A DNA stretch of 63,803 nt, filler included, from Vannella sp. (GCA_023345925.1; 8 parts of 8 records of this genome joined end to end with filler, not necessarily neighbours in it), one strand, 5' to 3'; shown: positions 47,920 to 59,935, numbered from the whole stretch's first letter. The notes: generated by a model from the letters alone, not told the origin. Program-made: numbers and translations.

Positions 47920-48528
47920 ATGCCCTTTGGCCACCACACGCTCCTCCTCTCCCTCGAAGGGGATCTTTTGGCTTTTGGACGCAATAGCGAAGGTCAACTC
48001 GGTCTCGGTCACAAGAACAGCCAATCTGCGCCAGCAAAGGTCCCCTGGAATGGCCCGCAGCCGGTTCAGGTGGACTGTGGATACTTCCACTCTCTCGTTC
48101 TCGATGCGGAGGGCGGTGTGTGGGATGCTGGTCACTCCCGCTCCTCTTCTCCTCCTCTGACATTCCAAAGAGTCCCAGATCTGCCTTCTATGGCCCTGGT
48201 AGCTGCAGGCGAGTATCACAGCGCAGCCATTGACACCAAAGGCCGCCTTTGGGTGTGGACGAGCCAGACCGATCTCTCTTGGGCGTGTTCCCTCCCGCAA
48301 CGAGTGGAAGGCCTCCCTCCACTTCTTAAGGTGGCTTGCGGTAACTCCTTCCTCGTGGTGGAGGCTGAAGACAGCGGCCTCTGGGTGTTGGGAACCAACT
48401 CCTCCGGGCTGGGCCTCGGTCACACCAACAGCACCCTCCAACCGACTCTTGTTCTGGTGGAGGAGCGTTCTGAAGGAACACTTCGGTGCCTGGCCGCCCT
48501 TCAAGCAGGTGTGATGATCGTCGACTCG
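47920..48528 (+). CDS. RCC1-like family copy (3' end cut by the contig edge)
   Basis: MPFGHHTLLLSLEGDLLAFGRNSEGQLGLGH..; colinear with the 33401 copy. Confidence 0.85.
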
Positions 48529-48628
48529 NNNNNNNNNNNNNNNNNNNNNNNNNNNNNNNNNNNNNNNNNNNNTTAATTAATTAANNNNNNNNNNNNNNNN
48601 NNNNNNNNNNNNNNNNNNNNNNNNNNNN
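48529..48628. other. Artificial contig linker
   Basis: Same 100-nt pattern. Confidence 0.97.
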
Positions 48629-49051
48629 CTCGCCTCAGCTACTTTACACAAAGTAGCGCTCAGATGGAGGGCACCGCCTTATTTCCCTTGTTTGGGTCCA
48701 AAAAGTGAAAAAAAATGAAATCAATCCAAAAGCTTATCCTGAAGAGATGGAGGTCATCAGGGTAAGCTACCCAAATACGAATCCTGCCCCCCTGTTCCCC
48801 TTCGCTCTCTGCTCAGGTGGTCGCCTGGCCTCGTGGATTATTTCTCTTTGGCCAATGTAGAACATTGGAGTATTATTCTGTTGGAAAAGGTTCCGATCTG
48901 TGGGGTCCTTAAGAAAATGACAAATAAGTTGAAAAAGAAGGTTCGAAATTTGTTTGCACAACTTCCAATCAAAATGGGGGAATGTGATTGGTCTGTCTGT
49001 GTACAAACCATTTCTTTGGGACCAAGCGCCCCGTGCTGTCCTTCTGTGAAC

Positions 49052-50318
49052 ATGGAGCTTGGGTTTACTGTGCAATCTGGGCGGAATCTGCCAGCAATGG
49101 ATCGTAATGGTGCGTGCCTCAGCGGGGGAAGTGGCCTTTGTCCTTGCTAAAGTAAAAGAAGGCCTCTCCGACCCCTACTGCAAGATCTTCCTTGAGGACA
49201 AGGCTGGCAAGGTCGACAAATCAAGCAAGGACAAGACTGTTGTAGTGAAGAAGAGCCTCAATCCCGAATGGAACCATTTCTACTCCCGGTCCGCGCAAGA
49301 GCCCTCTTCCACTGCCAAACGGTCCACCTAACTCCTCATTAGCAAAGTACTACCGCACCACAAGACTCTGGTCATTCAGTGCTGGGACCAGGACCTCATC
49401 AAGGATGACTTTATGGGAGAGATTCGCCTCTCTTTGTTTGAGCAGCACACAGAAAAATGGTATCTACTCTCTACGGGAAAGGTGACAAAGAACATTCCAC
49501 AACTCTATCTGAAGTTCCCAGCTCCAGAGACTGGACCACGCGACATTGTCATTCCTGACATCCCAATCTTCGAAATTGAAGTGAAGAAACGCGTTGTTCA
49601 ACCTGAGGATGAGCTGCTCGATGCGATTGCGGAGTCTCTCCAACAATGTAAGCTTTTTATTGATTCCCTCTCCTTCAACACTCACAAGAGACTCCGGACA
49701 GTTATCCTTCCACGGACACTACCTTACAACAAGGAAAGCCACTGGAAGTACCGTTGCAAGACACTCATGAATTGCTTCAATGGCGGTGAACGTCCGGACG
49801 TTCCCGAGGAGATCCTCTCGAAGGTCACAGAGCTGTTCAATTATCTCTGTGAAAAGAATCGATTCGAGAGAGCGTTCAAAGTTGCTCGCGTCATCCATGC
49901 CTTGACTGGCAGCAACGCGAATCCGTACACTCCTCTCATCCAGGCTGCCAATGTCGAGGGACTCTTGGAACGCGCTGGCGAGTTTCAGGGTGACGAACTC
50001 AAGGAACGCTTGGAAAGCATTGCTGAGTTGTTCACCTATTCCCACCGATTCTACCGAAAGGTTAATGCTGATGATCCTTTTGCTACTGAACAGGTGAACG
50101 AGGTCGAGCGTTCTATGCATGCTTTGGCGTTTTCCCTTTGCACCCCGCAAAAGAAACAATACGAGGTTGGCTTGGGAATCCTCAACCATTTGGTCATCAC
50201 GCAGATTAGTCGCGGAGCAGACAAGCAAGCAGCAGAAACTCGAGCCCAGGTCAAATTGATTGAGATGGAAGCCTCTGGAGAACTCCAAAGTCTCTCCCAG
50301 GACTGTGCGACTCAGTGA
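49052..50318 (+). CDS. C2 domain protein with an unknown helical C-terminus (2 introns)
   Basis: GRNLPAMDRNG|LSDPYCKI..KTVVVKKSLNPEWN..IQCWDQDLIKDDFMGE, with Ca-binding Asp residues retained. Confidence 0.82.
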
Positions 50319-50803
50319 ATTCCTACTCCGGGGCGGCCAGGCACGCTAATCAGCTTTCCATTTAAAAGTACATCGAATCATCAGCTATTGGGGTGGGTGG
50401 AGAGGCAAGAGAGAGGAGAGATGAGCAGGACAAGAATGGAACCAAAAGGTCTCTTCTTGGCTGTTGAAAAGTTGTTCGAGAGCTGCTCAATGTCCACAGA
50501 GTATACAACAAGCTACTTGGGCAACTCTCCGCAACAGTATCAATATCACAGGACATTGCTTCATCGGAAAGGATGCGTATCACAGAGAACCACCCTGAGT
50601 AACACGGACCAGACAAGAAGATGAGCAGAATGATCGCCAGGAGACCATTGATTCACAGATCCGCTCCTTCAACCTCCCTCACCCTCTCGTGAGCACGGGG
50701 GCACTCGTCTTGGACCCTTGATAGTCAGTTAATAATTTGTTGCCTTTACCCTTGATTGTCCAATTTAAAGTCGCATGAATAGGCTAGTTTTCTTCTGCCC
50801 TTC

Positions 50804-51993
50804 ATGCTTCGCTATGGTGTCGCTCCTGTCCTCAGACAGTCTGCTCTTCGGTGAGTCTTGGCCTTGGTAGACAGGTTGGTTGAAGTAACATATTGGCGTG
50901 ATAGAGGTAGCATCGTCTCTTCCGTTGTTACGCCTCAATGGGACCAACAGCGCACTGCTGTCTCTCTCAAGGAGCGTAAGTGGGTCTTTCAAAGAGAGTA
51001 AGAGCTAATTGGAGATCTCTATCTATATAGTCAAGAACCGTATGAACACTATCAACACTATCCGCAAGATTACTTCTTCGATGAACAAGTTGGCCACCTC
51101 TCGTTTGATGGCTGCCCGCAAGAAGAAGGAGAACCTCTCTGACCCCTTCCTTGAGATCAACATGGGATTCCTCAAGGGAAAGGGTATGGAAGAGATGCGC
51201 GCCAACTCTCCCTCTGTGGAGGTGAAGCCAAAGGAGCTCTTTATTGTCATCACCACAGACCGAGGAATGTGCGGTGCCACCAACTCTGGTATCATCAGGA
51301 ACGTGAGAGGTATTTTACGCATTTTTAGCAGCTCACTTCGCTTGCTGACCCCGCCGTGCCTCATGTAGTGCTCTTGAACGAGAACCGCAAGACCTCTGAG
51401 ATCACCTTGGCGATTGCTGGCTCAAAGGGAGCTGCTGGTCTCCGCAGAGACTTTGTTAAGCAATTCCACACCAACGTGCAGGAGCTCGGCAAGAAAGCCC
51501 TCTCCTTCGTTGATGTTGAGCCCCTTGTTGAGATCCTCGATGAGATCAGTGAATACGACAAGGTCCGTATCATCAGCAACCAATGGGAGAGTGTCGTAAC
51601 CTCCAACATCGTTCACCGCCTGCTTCCTAACCCCAACAACATGGTCGATGAGGTGCGCTACTCCTCCTCTCCATAGAGCGGGCATCCATCTAACTGCTCG
51701 TACAGATGAAGGACTCTTACTATGGCTATGAGTACGATAACACTGACGAGGGTGAGCTCTTCAAGAACCTTCAGGAGCACTTGGCCGCCTGCATCCTTTA
51801 TGGTTGCTTGGTGGAGAACGGAGCCGTCGAGCTCGCCTCTCGCATGAACTCTATGGATAACGCAACTAACAACGCTGCCGATATGCACAACAGACTGAGC
51901 TTGCTCTACAACCGAACTCGACAAGCCGGTATCACCACCGAGTTGAGTGAGATTATTGCCGGAGCCGCTTCCGTCACTGAGGCTGACAACTAA
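50804..51993 (+). CDS. ATP3: Mitochondrial ATP synthase F1 gamma subunit (4 introns)
   Basis: Presequence-like exon 1; KITSSMNKLATSRL, ITTDRGMCGATNS, ELASRMNSMDNATNNA, YNRTRQAGITTELSEIIAGA. Confidence 0.95.
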
Positions 51994-52166
51994 GCAACCT
52001 CCTTCTCTTCTTACGTTCTTTATCCTTCACCTCTGTCGCACTCGCACTCCCATACAGACCAATACCCCCTTCTTAAGAGGCTTGGTGATGATTGGTAGTT
52101 CAAGGGACCCGCGATTGGCGCCTTGCAGAGGCATCAATGAGACTATGGGATGATGAGTGAATGAGT

Positions 52167-52766
52167 TTATTGGGGAATGAGCGGGGGCGGGTAACACCTG
52201 TCCACGGCCCAATAGGGCCAAGGTCGAATCGAGGCGAAGATGTCGTCAAAGAGGACCAACTGGTGGTAGAGCTGTCGCTCACGAACGAGGGTTCCACTCT
52301 CGTACTTGTGACCTGCACAGATGTAGTTGTGTGTGTACTCGCTGATCAACCCGTTCGCTCGGGTGACCTTCACCTTCAGGATATGGACGAGGGGCTGCTG
52401 TCCTTGAAAGGCTGCGATGAACTCGTAAGAAGGGACTACAAAGAACCTTGCTTCTGGGAGATCCGGACCGATAGGGAAGGACATTGCTTGAATATTGCTT
52501 GGCGTTGGGGAGTGAGTGGAGGAGAGGAAGAGTTGCGCAGGGAACTGCCAAGAAGGATTGATCGTAACCTCTACTTGATCGCCATGAGAGCAGTTCCTTA
52601 CTTCAAAGTAACGGGACTTTCCTATCGTGTCCTCGTCGAAGGAGCTGGACTCAAAAGCGGCATTTCTCCCAAACTTCCTTTGGCACGTGAGGAATGGGAG
52701 CTCCTTAGGGTCTTCGAGAGCTTCTCTGCTTTCAGGAATGGTCCAATCTGGCCAAGAGTCTTCCAT
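52167..52766 (-). CDS. Hypothetical protein (199 aa, intronless)
   Basis: Open frame from ATG 52766 filling the gap between ATP3 and the fusion gene; no recognised motif. Confidence 0.45.
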   Translation of the reverse strand: MEDSWPDWTIPESREALEDPKELPFLTCQRKFGRNAAFESSSFDEDTIGKSRYFEVRNCSHGDQVEVTINPSWQFPAQLFLSSTHSPTPSNIQAMSFPIGPDLPEARFFVVPSYEFIAAFQGQQPLVHILKVKVTRANGLISEYTHNYICAGHKYESGTLVRERQLYHQLVLFDDIFASIRPWPYWAVDRCYPPPLIPQ

Positions 52767-53215
52767 ACTGCCCTCAGGAAGAATCAAAATAACTCAATGG
52801 CCAGGTCTTCTGGATTTCGGGGAGAGCATGTTCCCATTCGTCATTAAGTTGCTCTCTTTCCCCTCACCCGTTCAGGAGGGGAAGCTTAAACCCAAAAGAC
52901 CGATCAATCAGGAGGGGGGGGAAGTAAATCGGAAGGTCCTGATCTCCTTGCTGAAGTTGAAGCACTTGCTCTTCTTTGGCTTCCCAAAAACTGGCATCTT
53001 TGCTTCCCAAAATCTTTGTCTTTTGGCAAGTCACGAGCGGCGTGCGGGCATTTCCCCCGCATCCCAAGAACCAAAAAGCTGAACACAGCGAAAAAATGAA
53101 ATCTGCTCAAAAGATATGACATTTATGATTCCAGGACGTTTTGTTCCTTCTGATTGGCCAAAAGGTGACCTTGTGGCTGCAACTTCGTTCAGTTTTGAAA
53201 CCCCAACTCGGTGAC

Positions 53216-55243
53216 ATGAGCTCAGTAAGAAGCCGTTTTCAAGTATCCGCCTCTCAGTTTGCGTGTACGGAGAACTGGGAGTCAAACGTGGCGAAAGCTA
53301 CCCAGAAGATTGAGGAAGCTGCCGCTGCGGGAAGCCAGCTGGTTCTCATCCAAGAGCTCTTTGCTGGGTTGTACTTTTGCCAGCAAGAGGACCCTGCCGA
53401 GTTCTCCACTGCTAGACCTGCCAACTTAGAGCAGAACGAGCTGCTTCGTACGATGAGCGCCCTTGCCAAGGCCAACCGCATCATCCTGCCCGTCTCCTTC
53501 TTCGAGAAGAGCGGACACGTCTACTTCAACTCGATTGTTGTCTTTGATGCGGATGGCTCTATCATTGGTGCACCTCCAGGTGAGACGAACGACTGCTCCA
53601 AGGCGATCTACCGTAAGGTCCACATTCCCACTGGCCCTGGGTACCAAGAGAAGTACTACTTCTCTCCTGCTCCCGCTCCTTCACCTTCAGACCCAGAAGC
53701 AGGCTTCCGTGTGTTCTACTCGAAGGTGTACGACGTGACCATCGGCATCGGCATCTGCTGGGACCAGTGGTTCCCTGAAACGGCTCGTTGCCTTGCTCTA
53801 GCTGGTGCAGAGATCATCCTCTACCCAACTGCTATCGGCTCTGAGCCCCAGGATCCTACAATCAACTCCAGGGACCACTGGCAGCGCGTGATGTGCGGCC
53901 ACGCAGGAGCCAACCTGGTTCCCGTCGTGGCGTCCAACCGCATCGGTAAGGAGAACGAGATTCGCTTCTACGGAAGCTCTTTCATCAGCGACCATACAGG
54001 AAGGAAGCTTCAGGAGGCTGACGAAGAGACCAGCTCGATTCTCCATCAACAGTTCGACTTGGACAAACTCCAGATGAATCGCTCCTCCTGGGGGCTCTTC
54101 CGTGACCGCAGACCAGAGGTATATGGTGCCATAACCACTCTGAACGCAAAGCCCTTGTTCTCCCGAGCAAGAGAGCCCCAAATAGGGAGCACTTCTTCCT
54201 TGAACGACTTCGTCATGCCCGCAGAATGGGCAACCCACGAGCGCTGCTGGATGATCTGGCTGCCTGATGACTCTTCTGTGTGGCATGCCAACTCGATTCA
54301 GGATGCCCAGAAGGAGTTCGCTGCCGTAGCTAACGCCATTGCTGAGTTTGAGCCCGTTAGCATGTGCGTGGCCCAAGTCAACTACGAAGTCGCTCGTAAG
54401 CTCGTATCTGACAAGGTCACGCTCGTTCCAGTGGCCCATGATGACTGCTGGGCTCGAGATAGCATGCCAACCTACGTACAACATCACTCTTCTGGCAAAG
54501 TTGCCGGGATTGACTGGATTTTCAACGGCTATTCCGGCAAGTTCTCCCACGAGAATGATGCCATCTTGGCTAGAACCATCCTTGCTATGCAAGGGAAGGA
54601 GCGATTCGCATGTCCTATGATCTTGGAAGGAGGATCCATTCACACTGATGGCGAAGGGACATTGATCACCACGGAAGAGTGCCTTTTGAAGCGCAACCCC
54701 CAGCTGACTAAGTCTGACATGGAAACCCAACTGAAGATGTACTTGGGTGTCCAAAAGATCATCTGGATTCCCGAGGGAGTCATCAATGATGACGATACGG
54801 ACGGGCACGTGGATAATCTGTGCTGCTTTGCTCGCCCTGGGGAGGTGGTTCTCACGTTCCCATCAGATGCTAACAGCATCCAAAGAGCCCGCTCAGAAAA
54901 GGCCCTCGCCGTCCTCAACGCTTCAACGGACGCGAAGGGTCGCGCTCTCAAAGTGCACTTGCTGGAGCACCCCAAACCTGTTTTCATTGTGGAAACAGAG
55001 ATGGTTCCTGGTCTGAGAGAGTTAGACCGCCCCCTTGCGGCCTCCTACATCAACTACTACATGGCCAACGGCGCCATTGTGATGCCTTCGTATGAGAATG
55101 GCCAAGGACTCGATGAAGTGGCCAAGAACCAGCTCCAAGCTATCTTCCCTGACCGCAAGATTGTCCCAGTATCCAGCAGGCTCATCCTTTGTGGTGGTGG
55201 TAACATCCATTGCATCACCCAGCAACAGCCAGCCAGTCCCTAA
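53216..55243 (+). CDS. Bifunctional N-carbamoylputrescine amidase (AguB-like) + agmatine deiminase (AguA-like) fusion
   Basis: N-half: QELF, YRKVHIP..GPGYQEKYYF, ICWDQWFPE, YPTAIGSEP. C-half: MPAEW, WARD, LEGGSIHTDGEGT, DTDGHVD, ASYINYY, GGGNIHCITQQQP. Confidence 0.93.
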   Translation: MSSVRSRFQVSASQFACTENWESNVAKATQKIEEAAAAGSQLVLIQELFAGLYFCQQEDPAEFSTARPANLEQNELLRTMSALAKANRIILPVSFFEKSGHVYFNSIVVFDADGSIIGAPPGETNDCSKAIYRKVHIPTGPGYQEKYYFSPAPAPSPSDPEAGFRVFYSKVYDVTIGIGICWDQWFPETARCLALAGAEIILYPTAIGSEPQDPTINSRDHWQRVMCGHAGANLVPVVASNRIGKENEIRFYGSSFISDHTGRKLQEADEETSSILHQQFDLDKLQMNRSSWGLFRDRRPEVYGAITTLNAKPLFSRAREPQIGSTSSLNDFVMPAEWATHERCWMIWLPDDSSVWHANSIQDAQKEFAAVANAIAEFEPVSMCVAQVNYEVARKLVSDKVTLVPVAHDDCWARDSMPTYVQHHSSGKVAGIDWIFNGYSGKFSHENDAILARTILAMQGKERFACPMILEGGSIHTDGEGTLITTEECLLKRNPQLTKSDMETQLKMYLGVQKIIWIPEGVINDDDTDGHVDNLCCFARPGEVVLTFPSDANSIQRARSEKALAVLNASTDAKGRALKVHLLEHPKPVFIVETEMVPGLRELDRPLAASYINYYMANGAIVMPSYENGQGLDEVAKNQLQAIFPDRKIVPVSSRLILCGGGNIHCITQQQPASP

Positions 55244-55277
55244 CACTCAAGTCCTCATTCAATGCATTCCTCTTTAC

Positions 55278-56585
55278 CTAATCCCTTCGTGGCCTCTTTG
55301 TAGGTTGTTCCTCCGACTCCCGAGACTCTCGCATAGCCCCTGCAGGTCGGTCTGAGTGCAAAACCTTGATAGCAGTGAGCAAATAGCCGCTGGTGCCGTG
55401 CATGCGCATCATTGGATGCGTCCTCAGGGGCAGAACTTGATAGTCACGGAACCAGGACTCACGAAGCTCGATGCAAAGAGCTTCGTTGGACGCATGCAAC
55501 ATCTCATGGCACTGGAGAAGGGGTTCGAGATGTGTGCTGAAGATAACGAGGTGGCCAGAGCCTCGCACGTACTTCCACAGCTCGTAGAGGACATCGGAAG
55601 GGTTGAATCGAGTAGCGATGACTAAGCTGTCAACTGGATGCTCCAGTACCGCTCTAATCTGACGAAGGAGAGGAAGCTGCTTCGATTGCCCGAAGGGGAA
55701 GTTGGTTGGAGCTTGAGGAACAGCATCCCCCTCTTCTCCTGCAGCTACTGCAGCTCTAGATGCAATGGAAGCGTCAAAGTCGTCAAGTGAGGCCTCAGCA
55801 AGGGGGTCCAGCTGGTGGAAAGGCATCGGAAGGTAAGAGGAAGCCACTTCAGGAGACAAGTTGAAGCAGCGTAGGGCGTTGTTGACAGGGAGATCTTGCT
55901 CACAGTAAAGAGAAATCAGCTTCCCATGTCCACCTAGACGCTCTGCCAAGGCACCAAGGACAAGACCAGACGCAGTCTCATGAACCAGAATGTTGTCTCC
56001 CGCTGTTGCATTGGAGAGACTGAGGATCTGCGCCAAAGCATCAGGGCGAAGGTAGAAGACCTTAGCGGGGGTCTTGTTAAAGTAGGCCTCTGTGACAGTG
56101 CGTGAGGTGGGACGGAGGATCTGAATGACGGAAAGGTGTTTGGCTTGTTTCTTCTTCAAGTACTTCTCCTGAGAGAAGATCGTCTTCGTATCGAAGCCAA
56201 CGTTAGAAGCAGCAACTTTACCAATCATCTCGCTGATATCCATGGCTGCGTCGTTCTTCATCTCCTCGATCTGCTCGGAAGTCAGCTTTTGGACGGAAGG
56301 ATCGTTGCGCTTGATGTTGCGGTTGTCTCCCAGGTTTGCATAAGCTTCCTCATCAAGTTTGGTAGATACTACTATCTGTTTGCGGTCCCAGGGAAGGAGC
56401 TTGCCCTTCTTATCAAGCTCCAAATGTTCTCCGTACTTCCAACCGACCAAGTCCTTGGCTTGGAACTTCTTCTTCTTCAACATCCTCACCACTCCAGTGG
56501 GTGTGATCTCAACAATCACATACTTGGCTCCCTCGTTCACCCTAACGATGACCCAGTCGCCCAGCCTTACGCATCGATCGGCCAT
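55278..56585 (-). CDS. TRM6: tRNA m1A58 methyltransferase non-catalytic subunit
   Basis: DNRNI..QKLTSEQIEEMK, FDTKTIFSQEKYLKKK, LRPDALAQIL, ESWFRDYQVLPLRTHPMM. Confidence 0.92.
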   Translation of the reverse strand: MADRCVRLGDWVIVRVNEGAKYVIVEITPTGVVRMLKKKKFQAKDLVGWKYGEHLELDKKGKLLPWDRKQIVVSTKLDEEAYANLGDNRNIKRNDPSVQKLTSEQIEEMKNDAAMDISEMIGKVAASNVGFDTKTIFSQEKYLKKKQAKHLSVIQILRPTSRTVTEAYFNKTPAKVFYLRPDALAQILSLSNATAGDNILVHETASGLVLGALAERLGGHGKLISLYCEQDLPVNNALRCFNLSPEVASSYLPMPFHQLDPLAEASLDDFDASIASRAAVAAGEEGDAVPQAPTNFPFGQSKQLPLLRQIRAVLEHPVDSLVIATRFNPSDVLYELWKYVRGSGHLVIFSTHLEPLLQCHEMLHASNEALCIELRESWFRDYQVLPLRTHPMMRMHGTSGYLLTAIKVLHSDRPAGAMRESRESEEQPTKRPRRD

Positions 56586-57021
56586 ACGACGGAAAACTAA
56601 ACCGCCGCAATTTGCGCCATTTTATGATGGAACGAGGAATATCATAAAACTAAAAATCTGCCTTGATATTGGTCCTTTAGTTGCCCAAGAACATGATTGA
56701 CTCGAAGGTACACCGAAACCAATCTATCGTAACGATTCCAAAAAGGGAAAATGTCACCTTTATTCTACCAATCAGGAGACGTCGAATCATGAGATCGAGA
56801 TGGTCACGAGGAATCCACCAATGGGAGATCACCTCATGAGTCTTTCGCGGGTCGGAGTATTCTTGAAAGCAAAGGTGACAGTCTATTCTCTTCTCGGCCC
56901 CTTCTGATGAACACCTTCATGCTACCACCTCTCCAAATCAACACTTGGTCCCTCTGGAATAGCTCAGAGCCCTTTCAAAGTAACACTGGCCTCCCTTCTT
57001 TATTGAATGGTCCTCGCATCC

Positions 57022-57121
57022 NNNNNNNNNNNNNNNNNNNNNNNNNNNNNNNNNNNNNNNNNNNNTTAATTAATTAANNNNNNNNNNNNNNNNNNNNNNN
57101 NNNNNNNNNNNNNNNNNNNNN
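57022..57121. other. Artificial contig linker
   Basis: Same 100-nt pattern. Confidence 0.97.
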
Positions 57122-57841
57122 GATAGCCAACAATCCTTTGGCCTCATCAACGAACTGACCCAACCGCGCTACTTCCCTGACTCTTTGGATGTCTCTGGTG
57201 TTCTAGGATTTGCTTTTCCCTCTGCTGTTTGGTCAGGACTCTCCGTCATCTCTGGCCTGGAGTCCAACAACGTGAGCTCTCTTGTGGGCCTGTGGCTCCC
57301 TACTTCTATCTATGGCACTGGTGTTCTCTCTGTTGGTGCAATAGACACATCCCTGTACACAGGAGTACTGAACTACGTGCCACTCCTATCCTCTGTCTGG
57401 GCGCGGAAGGATTATCCGTTCTTCTGGAGCAACGTTGTGGACGACCTTCTTGTCAATGGAGTGAGCAATGGCTACTGCCAAGCACACACTTGCAACTTCT
57501 TCGTGGACCTAGCGGCCCGCCCAATGGACTTGGGGTCTGCCATCGCCGAGATCAAAGTCGACCCAGACTGTGGGAACCTCTCTGATCTCGACACCTACAC
57601 GCTTATCATCCAGGGGGTAAAGTACATCCTGACTCCGGAAGACTACGTGTTCAAGGTGAAGAACCGAAGCAACAAACTCATCTGCCAAAGCGGGATCTAC
57701 GGTGGCTCAAAGATCCCCTTCCCCATCCCATTCACTCTGGGATACACTTGGATCCAGAACTTTTACACCGTCCTTGACTACGACAACCAGCAATTCGCCT
57801 TCGCCCACTCCATCAAAGCCTCCTCAGCCAAAGTCCAATAA
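57122..57841 (+). CDS. Pepsin-like (A1) aspartic protease, C-terminal lobe (5'-partial)
   Basis: GVLGFAFPS, GAIDTSLYTGVLNYVP, YILTPEDYV, CQSGI, LG..WIQNFYTVLDYDNQQFAFA. Confidence 0.8.
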   Translation, partial: DSQQSFGLINELTQPRYFPDSLDVSGVLGFAFPSAVWSGLSVISGLESNNVSSLVGLWLPTSIYGTGVLSVGAIDTSLYTGVLNYVPLLSSVWARKDYPFFWSNVVDDLLVNGVSNGYCQAHTCNFFVDLAARPMDLGSAIAEIKVDPDCGNLSDLDTYTLIIQGVKYILTPEDYVFKVKNRSNKLICQSGIYGGSKIPFPIPFTLGYTWIQNFYTVLDYDNQQFAFAHSIKASSAKVQ

Positions 57842-57918
57842 TGAGCCAGCGCCAATCCAGCCAACAAATGAATAAATCATTAATTTGCTATCATTTCTCG
57901 TGAGGACTCGGCTCTGGC

Positions 57919-58999
57919 ATGTCTTGTTTCAACTTCGCGGGAGCGCAGGATCTCAACGAGCTTGTGGCGGACGGAGATGAGATCATTTTGAGCTCAGGGA
58001 GTGACTCTGAGAACTCAGATGAGGAGCTTCTATTGGGGAAGCGGGCGAAGAAGGGACGAGGGCGACCAACGGCGAAGAAGCGTCCCATCTTGAAGCCGAC
58101 TGAAGGAAAGAGCACAGCACCAAGTAAGGAGAGGGTGAATAGTAGTTCGATTGATGTCGATATCGACCTTGTGTCGGATGATGATGATCTCGATGTGGAA
58201 TCTTTGCTCCATCACGCCCCCACCTTCGATGTCAGTCCCGTGGCAAGCACGGCAATGTCCTCTGCAATGAGTACACAGCTGTACGTCTCGAAGCATTCAC
58301 GACTTGATCAGCCAAACTGACACCTCAAAGCGAAAACATGCGGATGGTCCGGGCTTTATCACTTAAATCCCGTAGAGAGTCATTGGATGTGTCAATAGAC
58401 GACTCTCCCCTCCCGAAAAGGAGGACCACACCTAGTGCTATCTCCATCAAGATCAGGACGTTGGGTTCGCACCCTTCGGTGGGACTTCAAGTCGACGTGG
58501 TAAGCCAAACTCCGCCCCAAACCACTCCCTTCTCACATCAATGAAGCGTGATACATTCAGCAAGATCCTCGATGCGTGGACATCAATCCTTGAGCTAGAA
58601 ATAGACTCGAATACGCGAATCAAACTGGATAGTATGCCCTTGGAGCTGGTAAGTCCTTGATGGACTGCCAGCCGAGAGTCTGACACAGGATCTATCAAGA
58701 CAGAGACACCAGCAGAATATGGCATGAAGGATGGCGATGAGATCGTGGTCCAACTTGGAGAAGAGGAGCCGCAGGAGGAAGACGCTGTGACCATCATCGT
58801 CCGAAGGAAGGACGATCAAAAGAAGTTCAGCCTCAAGAAAACAGATCCATTTCAGAAGCTTTTCGATGGATACTGTGCTCTCACGGGTGTCAAGCCGTCT
58901 TCTATTCGGTTCATCTTCGATGGCGACGAGTTGGACCTCTCCAGCTCTCCAGAAGATGAAGGTATGGAACACGACGATATTGTTGATGTCAAAGGATAA
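57919..58999 (+). CDS. Rad60/Esc2/NIP45-like protein with tandem SUMO-like domains (spliced)
   Basis: Acidic N-terminus with SIM-like stretches; C-terminal LKKTDPFQKLFDGYC..IRFIFDGDEL..SPEDEGMEHDDIVDV; an earlier SLD ending ETPAEYGMKDGDEI. Confidence 0.72.
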
Positions 59000-59707
<708 letters not shown>

Positions 59708-59935
59708 ACGGGACATCCCTTATCTGTGTACAACTACAAATTTTAGCTTCTTGAGGCCCTCTGGGATCGAGACGTACATGCGATCCCAATAAACGATGTC
59801 TCTCATCTTTGGAGCTGACATGAGCCAAGCTCTTGGCAACACAAATCGTCAAGCACTTGGTGAGGTAGCTCTAGATGCTGTTCTGCGATCCCAGACGGTC
59901 TCGACACGTGACGTCACTCGATGTGCATGTTTGGT

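Noticed and set aside
53798..54808. Long antisense ORFs (also 35742-36689, 30436-31212, 59015-59716)
   Set aside because: Shadow frames of strongly codon-biased genes on the opposite strand
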